A stretch of 64,000 bases of DNA from Snowella sp. (lineage in GTDB: Bacteria; Cyanobacteriota; Cyanobacteriia; Cyanobacteriales; Microcystaceae), in contig JAYKGY010000094.1 of the NCBI GenBank assembly GCA_035285545.1, positions 1 to 64,000 of the forward strand, given 5' to 3'. A program made the translations under genes and the position numbers. Below are positions 49,603 through 61,117 of the stretch, one piece after another (position 1 is the first letter of the stretch; each line of letters begins with the position of its first letter). The notes under the pieces are model-generated. The model was given only the letters and a program-made list of their open reading frames with translations, ran no database searches and had not been told where the DNA came from.

Positions 49603-50463
49603 TCAAATTGTCCCTTTAAATAGACCCTGTGGACGTACCAATAAAATAACAATCATAATTAATAGGGCAACGCCTACTTTATAGTCTGGGCCAAACCAAG
49701 GCACACTTAATTCCTGCACAATGCCAATAATCAATCCCCCCGCGATCGCGCCATAGGGATTGCCAATTCCGCCTAAGATCACCGAAGCAAACATCGGCAA
49801 AATCAAAAACCAGCCCATATTGGGTTTAATCGTCGTAATCAATCCATACATAGAACCGCCCATCGCTGTTAACACGGCTGTTACGATCCATGTCCAAATA
49901 ACAACCCACTCTACATTAATCCCTGAAACTCTGGCCAAATCAATATTATCCGCCACAGCCCGCATTGCTTTTCCCACCTTTGTTTTTTGAAGAAGAAAGT
50001 GTAGCCCAATCATGGCAACTAATGCCAAAATAATCACTAAAATGCGGTTATATTCAAGCTTTAATCCCAAAAATTCCTGAGCTGCCACAATGGGAAGTTC
50101 ATAATTTTGGTTATTGCCTCCCCAAATAAATAAAACGCCATTACGTAAAAACAAGGCTAACCCAATGGAAATAATGATCAGCGTAGTAGAAGTGGCTCGG
50201 CGATCGCGCATCGGTTTCCACAACACCCATTCGGAAATGAGCATAGCAATCACGGTTCCGGCTGCCCCCAATCCCATTGATAACCAGAGATTAACGCCAT
50301 TCGTATTCGCTAACCAACTGAGATAAGCTCCCAGGGTCATAAAATCCCCATGGGCAAAGTTAGAAAGGCGTAAAATACCACAGGTTAAGGTTAATCCGAC
50401 CGCAGCTAAAGCAATAATGCTACCAACGGCAATACCATTAAACAGGAGTTGAGGGATTTCCAT
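49603..50463 (-). CDS. natD: Branched-chain/neutral amino acid ABC permease (LivH/NatD-like)
   Basis: NFAHGDF, GKAMRAVADN, ILGGIG, RPQGLF. Confidence 0.8.
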   Translation of the reverse strand: MEIPQLLFNGIAVGSIIALAAVGLTLTCGILRLSNFAHGDFMTLGAYLSWLANTNGVNLWLSMGLGAAGTVIAMLISEWVLWKPMRDRRATSTTLIIISIGLALFLRNGVLFIWGGNNQNYELPIVAAQEFLGLKLEYNRILVIILALVAMIGLHFLLQKTKVGKAMRAVADNIDLARVSGINVEWVVIWTWIVTAVLTAMGGSMYGLITTIKPNMGWFLILPMFASVILGGIGNPYGAIAGGLIIGIVQELSVPWFGPDYKVGVALLIMIVILLVRPQGLFKGTI

Positions 50464-50811
50464 TTAATTTTGACGGGGCGATGAATACTGATTGCTTTCC
50501 CAAAATACAACAAATCGGGAAAAACGCTGCATTAAAATTACGGGATTCAACACTGTAGAGCAACGCGATCGCTTAATTTAGAAAAAATAATCCACGAATT
50601 ATTAATCTTTTTTGGATAAGCTGAAACACCAAAAAGTAAAATAAAAACAGTTAAACATGAAATTTTCTCTTTAACAAAATAATACGACTTTCAACAGATG
50701 TTATTCAACTGAATTTTTAAACGCTTTGATAAGAGGATCAACCTTTGAGTACCAAGGGAATAAGCTGACTAAAAATTTGGTTGAATTTGGTTTAAAGTCA
50801 GGAGTTTGCTT

Positions 50812-51501
50812 ATGATTGACATTTATGGGGGACAAGACCCAAGAGATATTCCCACCTATTCGATTGGTGATGCAGCGCACTATCTCAGAATTCCGAGTGG
50901 TACGATTCGCTCTTGGACAATCGGAAGAAATTATCCTGTTGCTGATGGAGAAAAGTTTTTTCAGCCTCTTATTCAACTTAAAAAACAAAAACCCAGATTG
51001 CTATCATTCACGAATCTTATTGAAATCCATATTCTGCGAGCTATTCGTCAACACCATCAAATTAAACTGGATAGAGTCAGAACTGCTTTAGACTTTATCG
51101 ATAAACAATTTCAAGTCCCCCATCCTTTGGCCAGAGAAGCCTTCCGTACCGATGGGGTTGATCTGTTTATTGAAAAATATGGAGAGTTAATTAACGCTTC
51201 TAAAAAAGGACAAATTCAGCTAAAGGACTCTTTACAAGCCCATTTAGAACGTATCGAACCTGATGATCAGGGTTTAGCGATTAAACTTTATCCTTTTACT
51301 CGTTCCCATGAAGACAATAATCCCAAAATCGTTGTCATCGATCCCCGTATTGCCTTTGGACGCTTAGTGATTGCTGGTACAGGTATTGCCGCCCAAGTGG
51401 TATTAGAGCGTTTTAATGCAGGCGATTCGATTGAATTCCTTGCTCAAGATTACGGCTGCGATCGCGACAAAATCGAAGAAGCCATTCGCTGTGCAGCTTA
51501 A
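50812..51501 (+). CDS. DUF433/HTH antitoxin (VapB45-like)
   Basis: YSIGDAAHYL HTH, LSFTNLIE, IDPRIAFGR...GDSIEFLAQDY. Confidence 0.8.
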   Translation: MIDIYGGQDPRDIPTYSIGDAAHYLRIPSGTIRSWTIGRNYPVADGEKFFQPLIQLKKQKPRLLSFTNLIEIHILRAIRQHHQIKLDRVRTALDFIDKQFQVPHPLAREAFRTDGVDLFIEKYGELINASKKGQIQLKDSLQAHLERIEPDDQGLAIKLYPFTRSHEDNNPKIVVIDPRIAFGRLVIAGTGIAAQVVLERFNAGDSIEFLAQDYGCDRDKIEEAIRCAA

Positions 51502-51538
51502 CAAAACACATCCTAATAAAATGTAGTATTTGGGTGAA

Positions 51539-51976
51539 ATGGAAGAAAATCCTGACAAAATTATCTTTTTTATCGATAGATGTTTAGGAAATCAACAAAT
51601 TGCAGCAGCGATTAAATCTCTCGGTATTAGCGTTGAAACCCATGATCAACATTTTCCCAAAAATGCTTTAGATATTGAATGGATTCCCAAAATTGCTGAA
51701 AAAAGATGGATTATCTTAACCAAAGATGAAAGGATTGGCAAAAACGCCCTTGAACGTCAGGTATTAGCTCGTTCAGGGTTAAGAATGTTTACCCTCGCTG
51801 CCCAAGGTTTATCTGGTGAGGAGATGGTGAGTATTTTTCAAAAAGCCATTATTCCGATGCAAAAATTTATTGAAAAAAATCCTGCTCCTTTCATTGCGAA
51901 AATTTATCGTAATGGCGATGTGAAGGCATGGAAAACGGCTGAAGTTCTGTTAGCAGAAATCAAGAACATCGGCTAA
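51539..51976 (+). CDS. PIN-like toxin (VapC45-like)
   Basis: FFIDRCLG, D.EWI, ILTKDERI. Confidence 0.8.
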   Translation: MEENPDKIIFFIDRCLGNQQIAAAIKSLGISVETHDQHFPKNALDIEWIPKIAEKRWIILTKDERIGKNALERQVLARSGLRMFTLAAQGLSGEEMVSIFQKAIIPMQKFIEKNPAPFIAKIYRNGDVKAWKTAEVLLAEIKNIG

Positions 51977-52037
51977 TTTTCTTTTTTAGCGGGATAGTGC
52001 AAAGGATCAAGGTTGAAAATGTTATTCTAGAGAAACT

Positions 52038-52511
52038 ATGGGTAAACAAGACGACAAAGTTAAAATCATTAGTGACAATCGCCAAGCCCGTCACCTGTAC
52101 GAAATCCTTGAAACCTACGAAGCAGGGATTGAACTCAAGGGAACAGAAGTGAAATCGATTCGGGCGGGAAAGGTCAATCTTCGGGATGGCTATGGGCTAT
52201 TGCGGAATGGAGAAGCCTGGCTGATTAATGTTCATATTTCCCCCTACGAAGCCAGTGGAGAGTATTTTAATCATGATCCCCGCCGCACCCGAAAATTATT
52301 AATGCACAGCCGCGAAATCCGTAAATTAATCGGACAAGTGGAGCAGAAAGGGTTAACCCTAGTTCCCCTTAAAATGTATATGAAAGGCAGTTGGGTGAAA
52401 ATCACTCTAGGCTTAGGCAGAGGGAAAAAACTCCACGATAAACGGGATGACATCAAGCGGCGTGATGATGAGCGGACAATGGCTAGGGCAATGAAACGGG
52501 ATTACGATTAA
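52038..52511 (+). CDS. smpB: SsrA-binding protein
   Basis: [29 protein letters not shown]. Confidence 0.97.
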   Translation: MGKQDDKVKIISDNRQARHLYEILETYEAGIELKGTEVKSIRAGKVNLRDGYGLLRNGEAWLINVHISPYEASGEYFNHDPRRTRKLLMHSREIRKLIGQVEQKGLTLVPLKMYMKGSWVKITLGLGRGKKLHDKRDDIKRRDDERTMARAMKRDYD

Positions 52512-52530
52512 TGCTGACTGGAATGAGTGA

Positions 52531-53211
52531 TTAAACAACTTGGGTTTCTTGAATTTTTTGATAACAATCTGCGACCGATAGCCGTTGGGTCATGGCTTGC
52601 ACTAATGCGTCATACTCAGGACGATGATTGGCTAATAAATTTTCTGCCTGCAATAAAGCCCACCGTTCCTTTTGTTGGTAGCTAGCGGCGGGTAGTTGGG
52701 TCAGCGCAAAGGCGGTTCTCAATTGCTGCCGATCATCGGTGCCCCCCTCTGCGTTGCCATACATTAATTGCTCGGCGGCGATTCCTGCCATCCAAACGGT
52801 TGCAAATCTTTCTAAAATGAGGGGAACGTCTTGCCATTGTTGCTGGAGTCGATTTTTGAGATCTTCGGTGTCAAATTCTACGCCGCCTAAACCGGGCTTG
52901 CCCTGTTGAAAAGTTTCCCAGACCGATAGGGTGTAGCCTTTAACGGGAATTCCCAAATAATAAGCCGCTAAAAAATGACCCGCTTCATGGTGCAAAATGC
53001 GTTGTTGATGTTCCTTTGAGGCCAATAAACCCATCACTAAGTTCCCTACTCGCCCTTGCCAACCGACTTGATCCCAAGTGACAACGCCTAACACGGTAAC
53101 GGTCGCGATCGCCGGAACCAGGGGAGACAGTTGTACAAAGGGCCCAACCAGAACCGAGAGCATCATCAAAAAAATCGCGATCGCCGTAAGATTAAGTGTT
53201 TTATCTGACAT
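52531..53211 (-). CDS. M41-like Zn metallopeptidase lacking the AAA domain
   Basis: HEAGH motif, MAGIAAE, N-terminal TM segments. Confidence 0.8.
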   Translation of the reverse strand: MSDKTLNLTAIAIFLMMLSVLVGPFVQLSPLVPAIATVTVLGVVTWDQVGWQGRVGNLVMGLLASKEHQQRILHHEAGHFLAAYYLGIPVKGYTLSVWETFQQGKPGLGGVEFDTEDLKNRLQQQWQDVPLILERFATVWMAGIAAEQLMYGNAEGGTDDRQQLRTAFALTQLPAASYQQKERWALLQAENLLANHRPEYDALVQAMTQRLSVADCYQKIQETQVV

Positions 53212-53483
53212 AACAAATTTTTCCTGTAAAATAATAAATTTGCCGCAAATTGACCGTAAATACGAAAAGATTGATGATTGCGATTAACTTAGAAAATCGT
53301 AAATTATTCCAGAGTTGATAATAACGATGTGCTACGTTTGGCCTATCTCTGTTACAATATTTTACATTAGCGGGGAAAGACCAAATCCTGACCAATCAAT
53401 CATCCAACTTTTGGCTGAGACGGAAGGCAATGCTTGGTTTAAATCCCCAGATTTCTGAAAAAGGGGTAATAACTTACAAGCGC

Positions 53484-54797
53484 ATGGGCAACAAGCCAAC
53501 GATCGCCATTTCTCACTTAGGATGCGAAAAAAACCGAATTGATTCTGAACACATGCTGGGGTTGCTGGTCAAAGCCGGATACTCCGTTGATGCTAACGAA
53601 GAACTTGCCGATTATGTCATCGTCAACACCTGTAGTTTTATCGGGGATGCCCGACAAGAATCCATCAGAACCCTAGTCGAATTGGCTGAAGCCGAGAAGA
53701 AAATCATTATTTCGGGGTGTTTAGCCCAGCATTTTCAATCGCAATTATTAGAAGAAATTCCTGAAGCGGTCGCAGTCGTCGGGACAGGAGATTATCAAAA
53801 TATTGTCGAAATTGTCGAAAAAGTCGAGCAAGGAGAACGGGTTAAAGCGGTTTCTGCTGACCCCACCTATATTGCCGATGAACATACGCCCCGTTATCGA
53901 ACCACCACTGAAGGGGTTGCCTACCTACGGGTAGCCGAAGGCTGTGATTACCGTTGCGCCTTTTGTATCATTCCCTATTTACGGGGAAATCAGAGATCGC
54001 GCTCCATTGAATCCATTGTGGCTGAAGCGGAACAACTGGCGGCTCAAGGCGTTCAAGAACTGGTTTTAATCTCTCAGATCACCACTAATTACGGTCTGGA
54101 TCTCTACAGTGAACCAAAACTCGACGAATTACTCCGCGCTCTCGGTAAAGTCGATGTGCCTTGGATACGAATTCACTATGCCTATCCCACTGGGCTGACT
54201 CCCAAAGTTATTCAGGCGATCCAAGAAACTCCCAACGTCTTGCCCTATCTAGATTTACCCTTACAACACTCTCACCCGGAGATTCTCAAAGCCATGAATC
54301 GACCCTGGCAAGGTCAGGTGAATGACAAAATCATTGAACGCATTCAAGAAGCCATTCCCCAATCGATCCTCCGTACCACCTTTATTGTGGGCTTTCCTGG
54401 AGAAACGGACGAGCATTTTGAGCATTTAGTGAATTTTGTGCAACGTCACCAATTTGACCATGTAGGAGTCTTTACCTTCTCCCCCGAAGAAGAAACGCCT
54501 GCCTATAATATGCCCCATCAAGTTCCAACATCTGTGATGGAAGCCCGACGCGATCGCTTAATGCAGACTCAACAGCCCATTGCTGCTCAGAAAAATCAAG
54601 CTTGCATTGGACAAACCGTTGACGTTCTCATTGAGCAAGAAAATCCTGAAACTGGCGAATTAATTGGGCGTTCTGCCCGTTTTGCCCCCGAAGTGGATGG
54701 ACTGGTTTATGTCAAAGGGGAAGCTCCCTTAGGCACTATTGTTCCCGTCACGATTACCGCAGCAGATGTTTACGATCTCTATGGAAAAGTGGTGTAA
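53484..54797 (+). CDS. rimO: Ribosomal protein S12 methylthiotransferase
   Basis: [25 protein letters not shown] radical SAM motif, APEVDG TRAM domain. Confidence 0.95.
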   Translation: MGNKPTIAISHLGCEKNRIDSEHMLGLLVKAGYSVDANEELADYVIVNTCSFIGDARQESIRTLVELAEAEKKIIISGCLAQHFQSQLLEEIPEAVAVVGTGDYQNIVEIVEKVEQGERVKAVSADPTYIADEHTPRYRTTTEGVAYLRVAEGCDYRCAFCIIPYLRGNQRSRSIESIVAEAEQLAAQGVQELVLISQITTNYGLDLYSEPKLDELLRALGKVDVPWIRIHYAYPTGLTPKVIQAIQETPNVLPYLDLPLQHSHPEILKAMNRPWQGQVNDKIIERIQEAIPQSILRTTFIVGFPGETDEHFEHLVNFVQRHQFDHVGVFTFSPEEETPAYNMPHQVPTSVMEARRDRLMQTQQPIAAQKNQACIGQTVDVLIEQENPETGELIGRSARFAPEVDGLVYVKGEAPLGTIVPVTITAADVYDLYGKVV

Positions 54798-54901
54798 ACC
54801 TCATCTCAACCTCCGTTATCCATAGAGATTTAGCCCGCTCTCTTTTGATAACCAAAATTTATTGATCTTTTGTCAACTTAATTCTCAAAAAACATTCGAT
54901 T

Positions 54902-56323
54902 ATGACTATTTCTTTTGAAAGCTTGGGATTATCCGTCGAACATGCTAAACATTTAGAATCCTTAGGATTTGAAGCACCGACAGAAATTCAAGCTCAAGCA
55001 ATTCCCTTAATGTTAAGCGGCCAAGATATGGTGGCCCAATCCCAGACCGGAACAGGGAAAACCGCTGCCTACTCCTTACCAATTTTGGAACAAATTGATC
55101 GCCGTCCTGGGATTCAAGCGGTCATTTTAACGCCCACACGGGAATTAGCCCAACAAGTCGCTGAAGCGATGAAAGACTTTACCACCCAGCGTCGTTTGTA
55201 TGTTCTCACCGTTTATGGTGGTCAATCTATTGAGCGACAAATCCGCAGCTTAGAACGGGGGGTTCAGATTGTGGTCGGAACGCCAGGGCGGGTAATTGAT
55301 TTAATTGAACGCAAAAAATTAAATTTAGAAGAAGTCCGCTGGGTTGTCCTGGATGAAGCGGATGAAATGCTGAGTATGGGCTTTATTGATGACGTGAAAA
55401 CCATCCTCAAGAAGACCCCTGCTACTCGTCAAACCGCTTGTTTTTCAGCCACCATGCCCCGCGAAATTCGGGAGCTAGTTAATCAATTCCTCAAAGATCC
55501 CGTAACGGTAACCGTTAAACAGCCTCAAGCAACGCCAACCCGCATTGAGCAACAGTTATACTACGTCCCCCGTGGTTGGTCAAAAGTTAAAGCCCTACAG
55601 CCTATTCTGGAAATTGAAAGTCCTGAATCCGCCATTATTTTTGTCCGCACCAAGCAAACGGCTGCTGAGTTAACGACCAAGTTGCAAGAGGCGGGGCAAA
55701 GTGTGGATGAGTATCACGGTAATTTAAGCCAATCGCAGCGGGAGCGGTTAGTCCAGCGTTTTCGGGAAGGGAAAGTCAAACTCGTGGTAGCAACGGATAT
55801 TGCGGCACGGGGTTTGGATGTGAGCAATTTAAGCCACGTTATTAACTTTGATTTACCGGATAACACGGAAACCTATATTCACCGTATTGGTCGGACAGGT
55901 CGGGCAGGCAAAACAGGGAAGGCGATCGCGCTCGTAGAACCCATTGATCGTCGCTTGTTGCGCCAAATTGAACAACGCTTAAAACAACGCATTGAAATTC
56001 ATCAAATTCCTAATCGTTCCCAAGTGGAAGCAAAACGCTTAGAAAAATTACAAAATCAAATTCAAGAGGCGTTGACGGGAGAACGGATGGCTTCCTTCCT
56101 TCCCTTAGTTCGGGATTTAAGTGCAGAGTATGATCCCCAAGCGATCGCGGCGGCGGCGCTACAAATGATCTATGACCAAAATTGTCCTAATTGGATGAAA
56201 ACGGATTGGGAAGTGCCCGAAAGCGGCATGAATAAGCCTTTAATCAAGCGCAAATCCAATGGCAACAAATCCATGCATCATCGCTCCTCCTCAGACCGAA
56301 AGCCCGTCTTGAGTGACAAGTAA
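54902..56323 (+). CDS. crhR: DEAD-box RNA helicase (CrhR/DeaD-like)
   Basis: QTGTGKT, PTRELA, DEAD, SAT, HRIGRTGR. Confidence 0.88.
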   Translation: MTISFESLGLSVEHAKHLESLGFEAPTEIQAQAIPLMLSGQDMVAQSQTGTGKTAAYSLPILEQIDRRPGIQAVILTPTRELAQQVAEAMKDFTTQRRLYVLTVYGGQSIERQIRSLERGVQIVVGTPGRVIDLIERKKLNLEEVRWVVLDEADEMLSMGFIDDVKTILKKTPATRQTACFSATMPREIRELVNQFLKDPVTVTVKQPQATPTRIEQQLYYVPRGWSKVKALQPILEIESPESAIIFVRTKQTAAELTTKLQEAGQSVDEYHGNLSQSQRERLVQRFREGKVKLVVATDIAARGLDVSNLSHVINFDLPDNTETYIHRIGRTGRAGKTGKAIALVEPIDRRLLRQIEQRLKQRIEIHQIPNRSQVEAKRLEKLQNQIQEALTGERMASFLPLVRDLSAEYDPQAIAAAALQMIYDQNCPNWMKTDWEVPESGMNKPLIKRKSNGNKSMHHRSSSDRKPVLSDK

Positions 56324-56390
56324 TTATCCGTAGGGTTTTCTCAAAGAAACAACGGTTGATCCCCCTCGGTGATCCAGATCATTAATACTT

Positions 56391-56413
56391 GCCCCCTAAT
56401 CCGGGGCTTTTTT
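56391..56413 (+). terminator. Intrinsic terminator
   Basis: GCCCC-loop-GGGGC followed by T6. Confidence 0.6.
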
Positions 56414-56499
56414 ATTGGCAATTATGAGATTTTGTTGCAAATGATAATCTACAATGTTTATTATGGAAACAATCTTGACAAGGGATCGCGCCGTTAATC

Positions 56500-57024
56500 A
56501 TGACTTACACAGCAAACTCTCTTAAATCGGAATTAAATGCTAGAGGTTGGCGGTTAACCCCACAACGGGAAAAAATCTTGCATGTTTTCCAAAATTTACC
56601 CAGAGGGAATCATTTAAGCGCGGAAGAACTCTATGAGTTGCTGGAAAAACGTCAAGAAGGCATCAGTTTATCAACCATCTATCGCAGTGTAAAATTGATG
56701 TCTCGCATGGGAATTTTGCGTGAGTTAGAATTGGCAGAAGGCCATAAACATTATGAACTCCACCAAGCCCATCCCCACCATCATCATATTGTCTGTGTCC
56801 AATGCAATCGCACCATTGAATTTAACAACGATTCGATTTTAAAACACAGTTTAAAACAATGTGAAAAAGAAGGGTTTCAATTGCTAGATTGCCAATTGAC
56901 CGTAACAACTATCTGCCCTGAAGCGATTCGCATGGGATGGCCCTCCGCACTGCCTAGCAACTGGTGCTGCACTCGGACAATTTCTAAAATGCAACCTGAG
57001 CCAGACAATCCTAATCCGAGCTAG
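56500..57024 (+). CDS. fur: Ferric uptake regulator family protein (FurA-like)
   Basis: RLTPQRE, HLSAEE, STIYR, HHHIVCVQC. Confidence 0.9.
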   Translation: MTYTANSLKSELNARGWRLTPQREKILHVFQNLPRGNHLSAEELYELLEKRQEGISLSTIYRSVKLMSRMGILRELELAEGHKHYELHQAHPHHHHIVCVQCNRTIEFNNDSILKHSLKQCEKEGFQLLDCQLTVTTICPEAIRMGWPSALPSNWCCTRTISKMQPEPDNPNPS

Positions 57025-57098
57025 CTAAAATGCAGCCTAATTCTCTCAGTTCATTATCTAAGTTCGTTGAATAATAAATAAAAAATATCCTTAAACAA

Positions 57099-57266
57099 AT
57101 GCCTACCAATCTCTGCTTAAGTTTAGTCACCTTTCCCTTATTAGTCGGGCTAGGGATCTCTCAAACCTTAGCCAAGGGAATGATCGAGTTCGGTCAAGCC
57201 AGTGAAGAAATTTTTCGTGGCGATCGCTTACCCATTTTGCCCTTTCCTGAAGAAATTTCCGAGTAA
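57099..57266 (+). CDS. Small 55-aa membrane protein not in the ORF track
   Basis: MPTNLCLSLVTFPLLVGLGISQTLAKGMIEFGQASEEIFRGDRLPILPFPEEISE, translated by hand. Confidence 0.65.
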   Translation: MPTNLCLSLVTFPLLVGLGISQTLAKGMIEFGQASEEIFRGDRLPILPFPEEISE

Positions 57267-57546
57267 AAATAAAAATTAATCTATTATTCCCCCTTAAATA
57301 TCTCTATCGTTTTGCCTATTTACTAAAGCGTAAATTAACCTTACGCTATGATGGATATAGGGTAACCAAGATAGACATGGCTTTTTAGCCGTCAAATCTT
57401 AACGATATTTTTATTTGAGAAAATACCTTTTTAAGTTAAAACAATATAAATATTTAAAAAATTAATGGATAAATTTGGATAAGTAAGGTTTGCCGTTGGT
57501 TAGCGCAAATTGATACCGCTTTTATCCTATTTTATTTTTCTATAAT

Positions 57547-59160
57547 ATGATTCAATCTCAAAACACTCAAAAAAAATTTTTTTCCTTAACCACTCCCCTC
57601 TATTATGTCAACGATGTTCCCCACATGGGGAGCGCCTATACGACGATGGTGGCAGATGCGGTGGCACGTTTTCAGCGATTGCAAGGCCATTCTGTTCTTT
57701 TGATCACGGGGACGGATGAACATGGGCAAAAAATTCAACGGACAGCCGAAGGTAAAGGATTAACCCCCCAAGATCACTGTGATCAAATTGTGAAGGGATT
57801 TGAATCCCTCTGGCAACGGTTAAATATTCAGTATGATCGTTTTAGCCGCACGACAGCCCCTCGCCATGCCGCGATCGTCAAAGAATTTTTTGAGCGAGTT
57901 TGGCAAGCAGGGGATATTTACCTAGCCCAGCAACAGGGATGGTATTGCGTTGCCTGTGAAGAATTTAAGGAAAAACGGGATTTATTGGAAAATGGCTGTT
58001 GTCCTCTCCATCCGAATTTAGCAGCCGAGTGGCGAGATGAGGAGAATTATTTCTTTCGTTTGTCACGCTATCAAGAGCAATTAGAGAAGTTTTATCAGGA
58101 TTATCCCGATTTCATTGAACCCGAAAGTCGCCGTAATGAAGTGCTGAAGTTTGTGGAACAAGGACTACAGGATTTTTCGATTTCTCGTATTAATTTAGAT
58201 TGGGGGTTCCCCATTCCCGATAATCCTCAACATACCATTTATGTTTGGTTCGATGCTCTGTTAGGGTACGTCACCGCCCTTTTAGAACCGGATCAGGAAC
58301 CGACGTTAGAGAATGCGTTAGCGCAATGGTGGCCGATCAATTTGCACTTGATTGGAAAAGATATTTTACGGTTCCATGCGGTCTACTGGCCGGCGATGTT
58401 GCTCTCTGCCCAGTTACCCTTACCTCATAAGGTGTTTGGTCATGGCTTTTTAACGAAAGATGGGCAAAAAATGGGGAAAAGTTTGGGGAATACCCTTGAT
58501 CCAGTAGATTTGGTAGATCGCTATGGTGCGGATGCCGTTCGTTATTATTTTCTGAAGGAGATTGAATTCGGCAAAGATGGGGATTTTAATGAGATCCGAT
58601 TTATCAATGTGTTGAATGCCGATCTCGCTAATGATTTAGGCAATTTGCTGAATCGAACCTTGGGAATGGTGAAAAAATACTGTCAATCCCGTGGCCCGCA
58701 ATTAACGGCTGCCGATTTACCGGCTGATAACGTCTTATTAAATTTAGGCCAAAGTCTCGGCGATCGCGTCACGGTAGCCTATACGAAATTGTCATTTAAT
58801 CAAGGTTGTGAAGCTATTCTTGAGCTAGTGCGAGCTTGCAATAAATATATTGATGAAAGTGCCCCCTGGAGTCTGTACAAGCAAGGGCAACAATCCGAAG
58901 TCGAGCAAGTTTTATATAGTGTTTTAGAATCGATTCGCTTAGCGGCCTATCTACTATCTCCGGTTATTCCCAACTTAAGTAGTGCGATTTATCAACAATT
59001 AGGTTTTGCTGTTGACTTTAATGATGGGCCAGCCGTGCATCAAGTCGCACCCTTCGAGAAACACCAGCAATGGGGAGCCATGCCGGCCAATGCGGAACTC
59101 GCCTCTGCTCAGCCCATCTTTGCACGATTGGAACTTCCTGTAAATACAGAATCGTCCTAA
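57547..59160 (+). CDS. metG: Methionyl-tRNA synthetase
   Basis: YYVNDVPHMGSAY, GTDEHG, YVWFDAL, KMGKS. Confidence 0.96.
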   Translation: MIQSQNTQKKFFSLTTPLYYVNDVPHMGSAYTTMVADAVARFQRLQGHSVLLITGTDEHGQKIQRTAEGKGLTPQDHCDQIVKGFESLWQRLNIQYDRFSRTTAPRHAAIVKEFFERVWQAGDIYLAQQQGWYCVACEEFKEKRDLLENGCCPLHPNLAAEWRDEENYFFRLSRYQEQLEKFYQDYPDFIEPESRRNEVLKFVEQGLQDFSISRINLDWGFPIPDNPQHTIYVWFDALLGYVTALLEPDQEPTLENALAQWWPINLHLIGKDILRFHAVYWPAMLLSAQLPLPHKVFGHGFLTKDGQKMGKSLGNTLDPVDLVDRYGADAVRYYFLKEIEFGKDGDFNEIRFINVLNADLANDLGNLLNRTLGMVKKYCQSRGPQLTAADLPADNVLLNLGQSLGDRVTVAYTKLSFNQGCEAILELVRACNKYIDESAPWSLYKQGQQSEVEQVLYSVLESIRLAAYLLSPVIPNLSSAIYQQLGFAVDFNDGPAVHQVAPFEKHQQWGAMPANAELASAQPIFARLELPVNTESS

Positions 59161-59279
59161 TATATATGTCGATCGCCGCTTAAGTTTAGGGTATTCTCTC
59201 TAATAGGTTTTAGATTTTAAGTTTTCCAAATTTTAAATAAACAAATTTTAAAAATATTGATAAAAACGAGGAATAAAAA

Positions 59280-59888
59280 ATGTTTGATGAATTTGATAAT
59301 GATCCCCTATTTACCCATGATCAACTTTTAGAAAATCGGGGTCGAGTTGCGATTTTTATCGACGGTTCTAATTTATTTTATGCGGCACTCCAATTAGGGA
59401 TTGAGATTGATTACACGAAACTCTTACTCCGCTTGACTGCCGGTTCTCGGTTACTGAGAGCTTTTTTTTATACGGGGGTTGACCGGACGAATGAGAAACA
59501 ACAGGGCTTTTTACTGTGGATGCGGCGCAACGGTTACCGAGTTATTGCCAAAGATTTAGTCCAGTTGCCCGATGGTTCCAAAAAAGCCAACTTGGATGTG
59601 GAAATTGCCGTCGATTTAATGGCCTTAGTTGGCTCCTTTGATACGGCGGTAATTGTCAGTGGAGATGGAGATTTGGCCTATGCGGCTGATGCGGTGAGTT
59701 ACCGAGGGGCACGGATTGAGGTGGTTAGTTTGCGCTCCATGACCAGTGATAGTTTAATTAATGTGTCAGACCGTTATATTGATCTAGACCAAATTAAAGA
59801 AGAAATCCAAAAAACTTCTAAAACGAGTTTAAGTTATGGGGGATTTCCTACCATTGGGTTGTTAGATCATGATAAATCCCGTCAATAA
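59280..59888 (+). CDS. NYN domain (LabA/DUF88) protein
   Basis: IFIDGSNL, LDVEIAVD, SGDGD. Confidence 0.88.
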   Translation: MFDEFDNDPLFTHDQLLENRGRVAIFIDGSNLFYAALQLGIEIDYTKLLLRLTAGSRLLRAFFYTGVDRTNEKQQGFLLWMRRNGYRVIAKDLVQLPDGSKKANLDVEIAVDLMALVGSFDTAVIVSGDGDLAYAADAVSYRGARIEVVSLRSMTSDSLINVSDRYIDLDQIKEEIQKTSKTSLSYGGFPTIGLLDHDKSRQ

Positions 59889-59902
59889 AGTGTGATCCTA
59901 CG

Positions 59903-61108
59903 TTGGCTCTTAATTTGCTAAAAAATTTTTACTTTTTCCCTCACTGGTTGATGTTGCTCTTGGGTAGCGTCTCGTTTTTGGCGATCGCGGGTTGTCAGCC
60001 GTCTAAACCCATCGCCCAGCCTAGCCCCAAGAATAGCCCTCCCTTAGAAAGCCATTTAACCTTAAATAAAGCAACCTTAGAGCAGACCAACGCCAAAGGA
60101 GAAAGCCTCTGGAAAATTCAAGTCGAAAACGCTGTTTACACCCCTGATCGTAAAAACGCCCAACTCTCTAAGATTAAAGGTAATCTATTTACCGATGGAA
60201 AACTGGTTTTAAAAGTCAGTGCTGATAAAGGGGAAATACAACAAGACGGTGAATTGGTGATTCTACGGGAAAATATTATTGCCATTGATCCGCGCAATAA
60301 AGCCATTATCAAAAGTAATGAAGTAGAATGGCGACCCAAAGAATCCCTTTTACTCGTTCGCAACAACTTAAAAGGGAGTCATCCCCAACTCGAAGTTACA
60401 GCCAAAGAAGGTAAATACGAAACCCGCCAACAACGGTTAGACTTGTCGGGAAATGTGGTGGGCTTTACCAAAGACACTCCCCAGCAAAAGAAACCCCCCA
60501 AAAATCCTAACAAAAAATTACAACTCAAAGCAGAGCATTTGTTTTGGCTGATTCCCCAACAAAAGGTTTTAAATGAGAAGCTAATGACCGTTTCTCGTTT
60601 CCAAGATCAAGTTATTACGGATCAGGTGATTACGAAAAAGGCGGAATTGCAACTCAATAATAAGCTTCTGCATATTCAGGAAAATGTGGATTTTAAATCC
60701 CTCAAACCGCCCCTGCAAATTGCCGCCACCGCCCTAACCTGGCAATACGACAAACGCCTAGTTTCCGCATCTCAACCCATTCAAATTATTGATTATGAAC
60801 AGCAAATTACCTTGACGGGCAATCAGGGCTGGGTGGATCTCAATCAAAATCTTGCCAGTTTGACGGGAGGAACGAAGGGAATTAGCCAAGGCAATCAAGC
60901 GACCCTATTCGCCAATCAGTTGACCTGGAATATCACCAACCAAACCCTAGAAGCCTTGGGCAATGTCATTTATGAACAAACCCAATCCCCTAAATTTAAT
61001 CTGACAGGGGACAGGGCAGTCGGTATTTTGCAAAATAATAGTGTCATTGTCACCAGTAATAATCGCCAAGAGCGAGTTGTCACCGAAATTTATCCTGAGT
61101 CGAGATAA
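59903..61108 (+). CDS. lptC: LPS export periplasmic protein, LptC-like
   Basis: Lipobox IAGC; repeated beta-jellyroll-type segments; start uncertain. Confidence 0.7.
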   Translation: MALNLLKNFYFFPHWLMLLLGSVSFLAIAGCQPSKPIAQPSPKNSPPLESHLTLNKATLEQTNAKGESLWKIQVENAVYTPDRKNAQLSKIKGNLFTDGKLVLKVSADKGEIQQDGELVILRENIIAIDPRNKAIIKSNEVEWRPKESLLLVRNNLKGSHPQLEVTAKEGKYETRQQRLDLSGNVVGFTKDTPQQKKPPKNPNKKLQLKAEHLFWLIPQQKVLNEKLMTVSRFQDQVITDQVITKKAELQLNNKLLHIQENVDFKSLKPPLQIAATALTWQYDKRLVSASQPIQIIDYEQQITLTGNQGWVDLNQNLASLTGGTKGISQGNQATLFANQLTWNITNQTLEALGNVIYEQTQSPKFNLTGDRAVGILQNNSVIVTSNNRQERVVTEIYPESR

Positions 61109-61117
61109 CGAAAACCT

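Noticed and set aside
50812..51976. TA pair next to smpB as a mobile island
   Set aside because: No integrase, att repeats or tmRNA visible; looks like a stand-alone TA module
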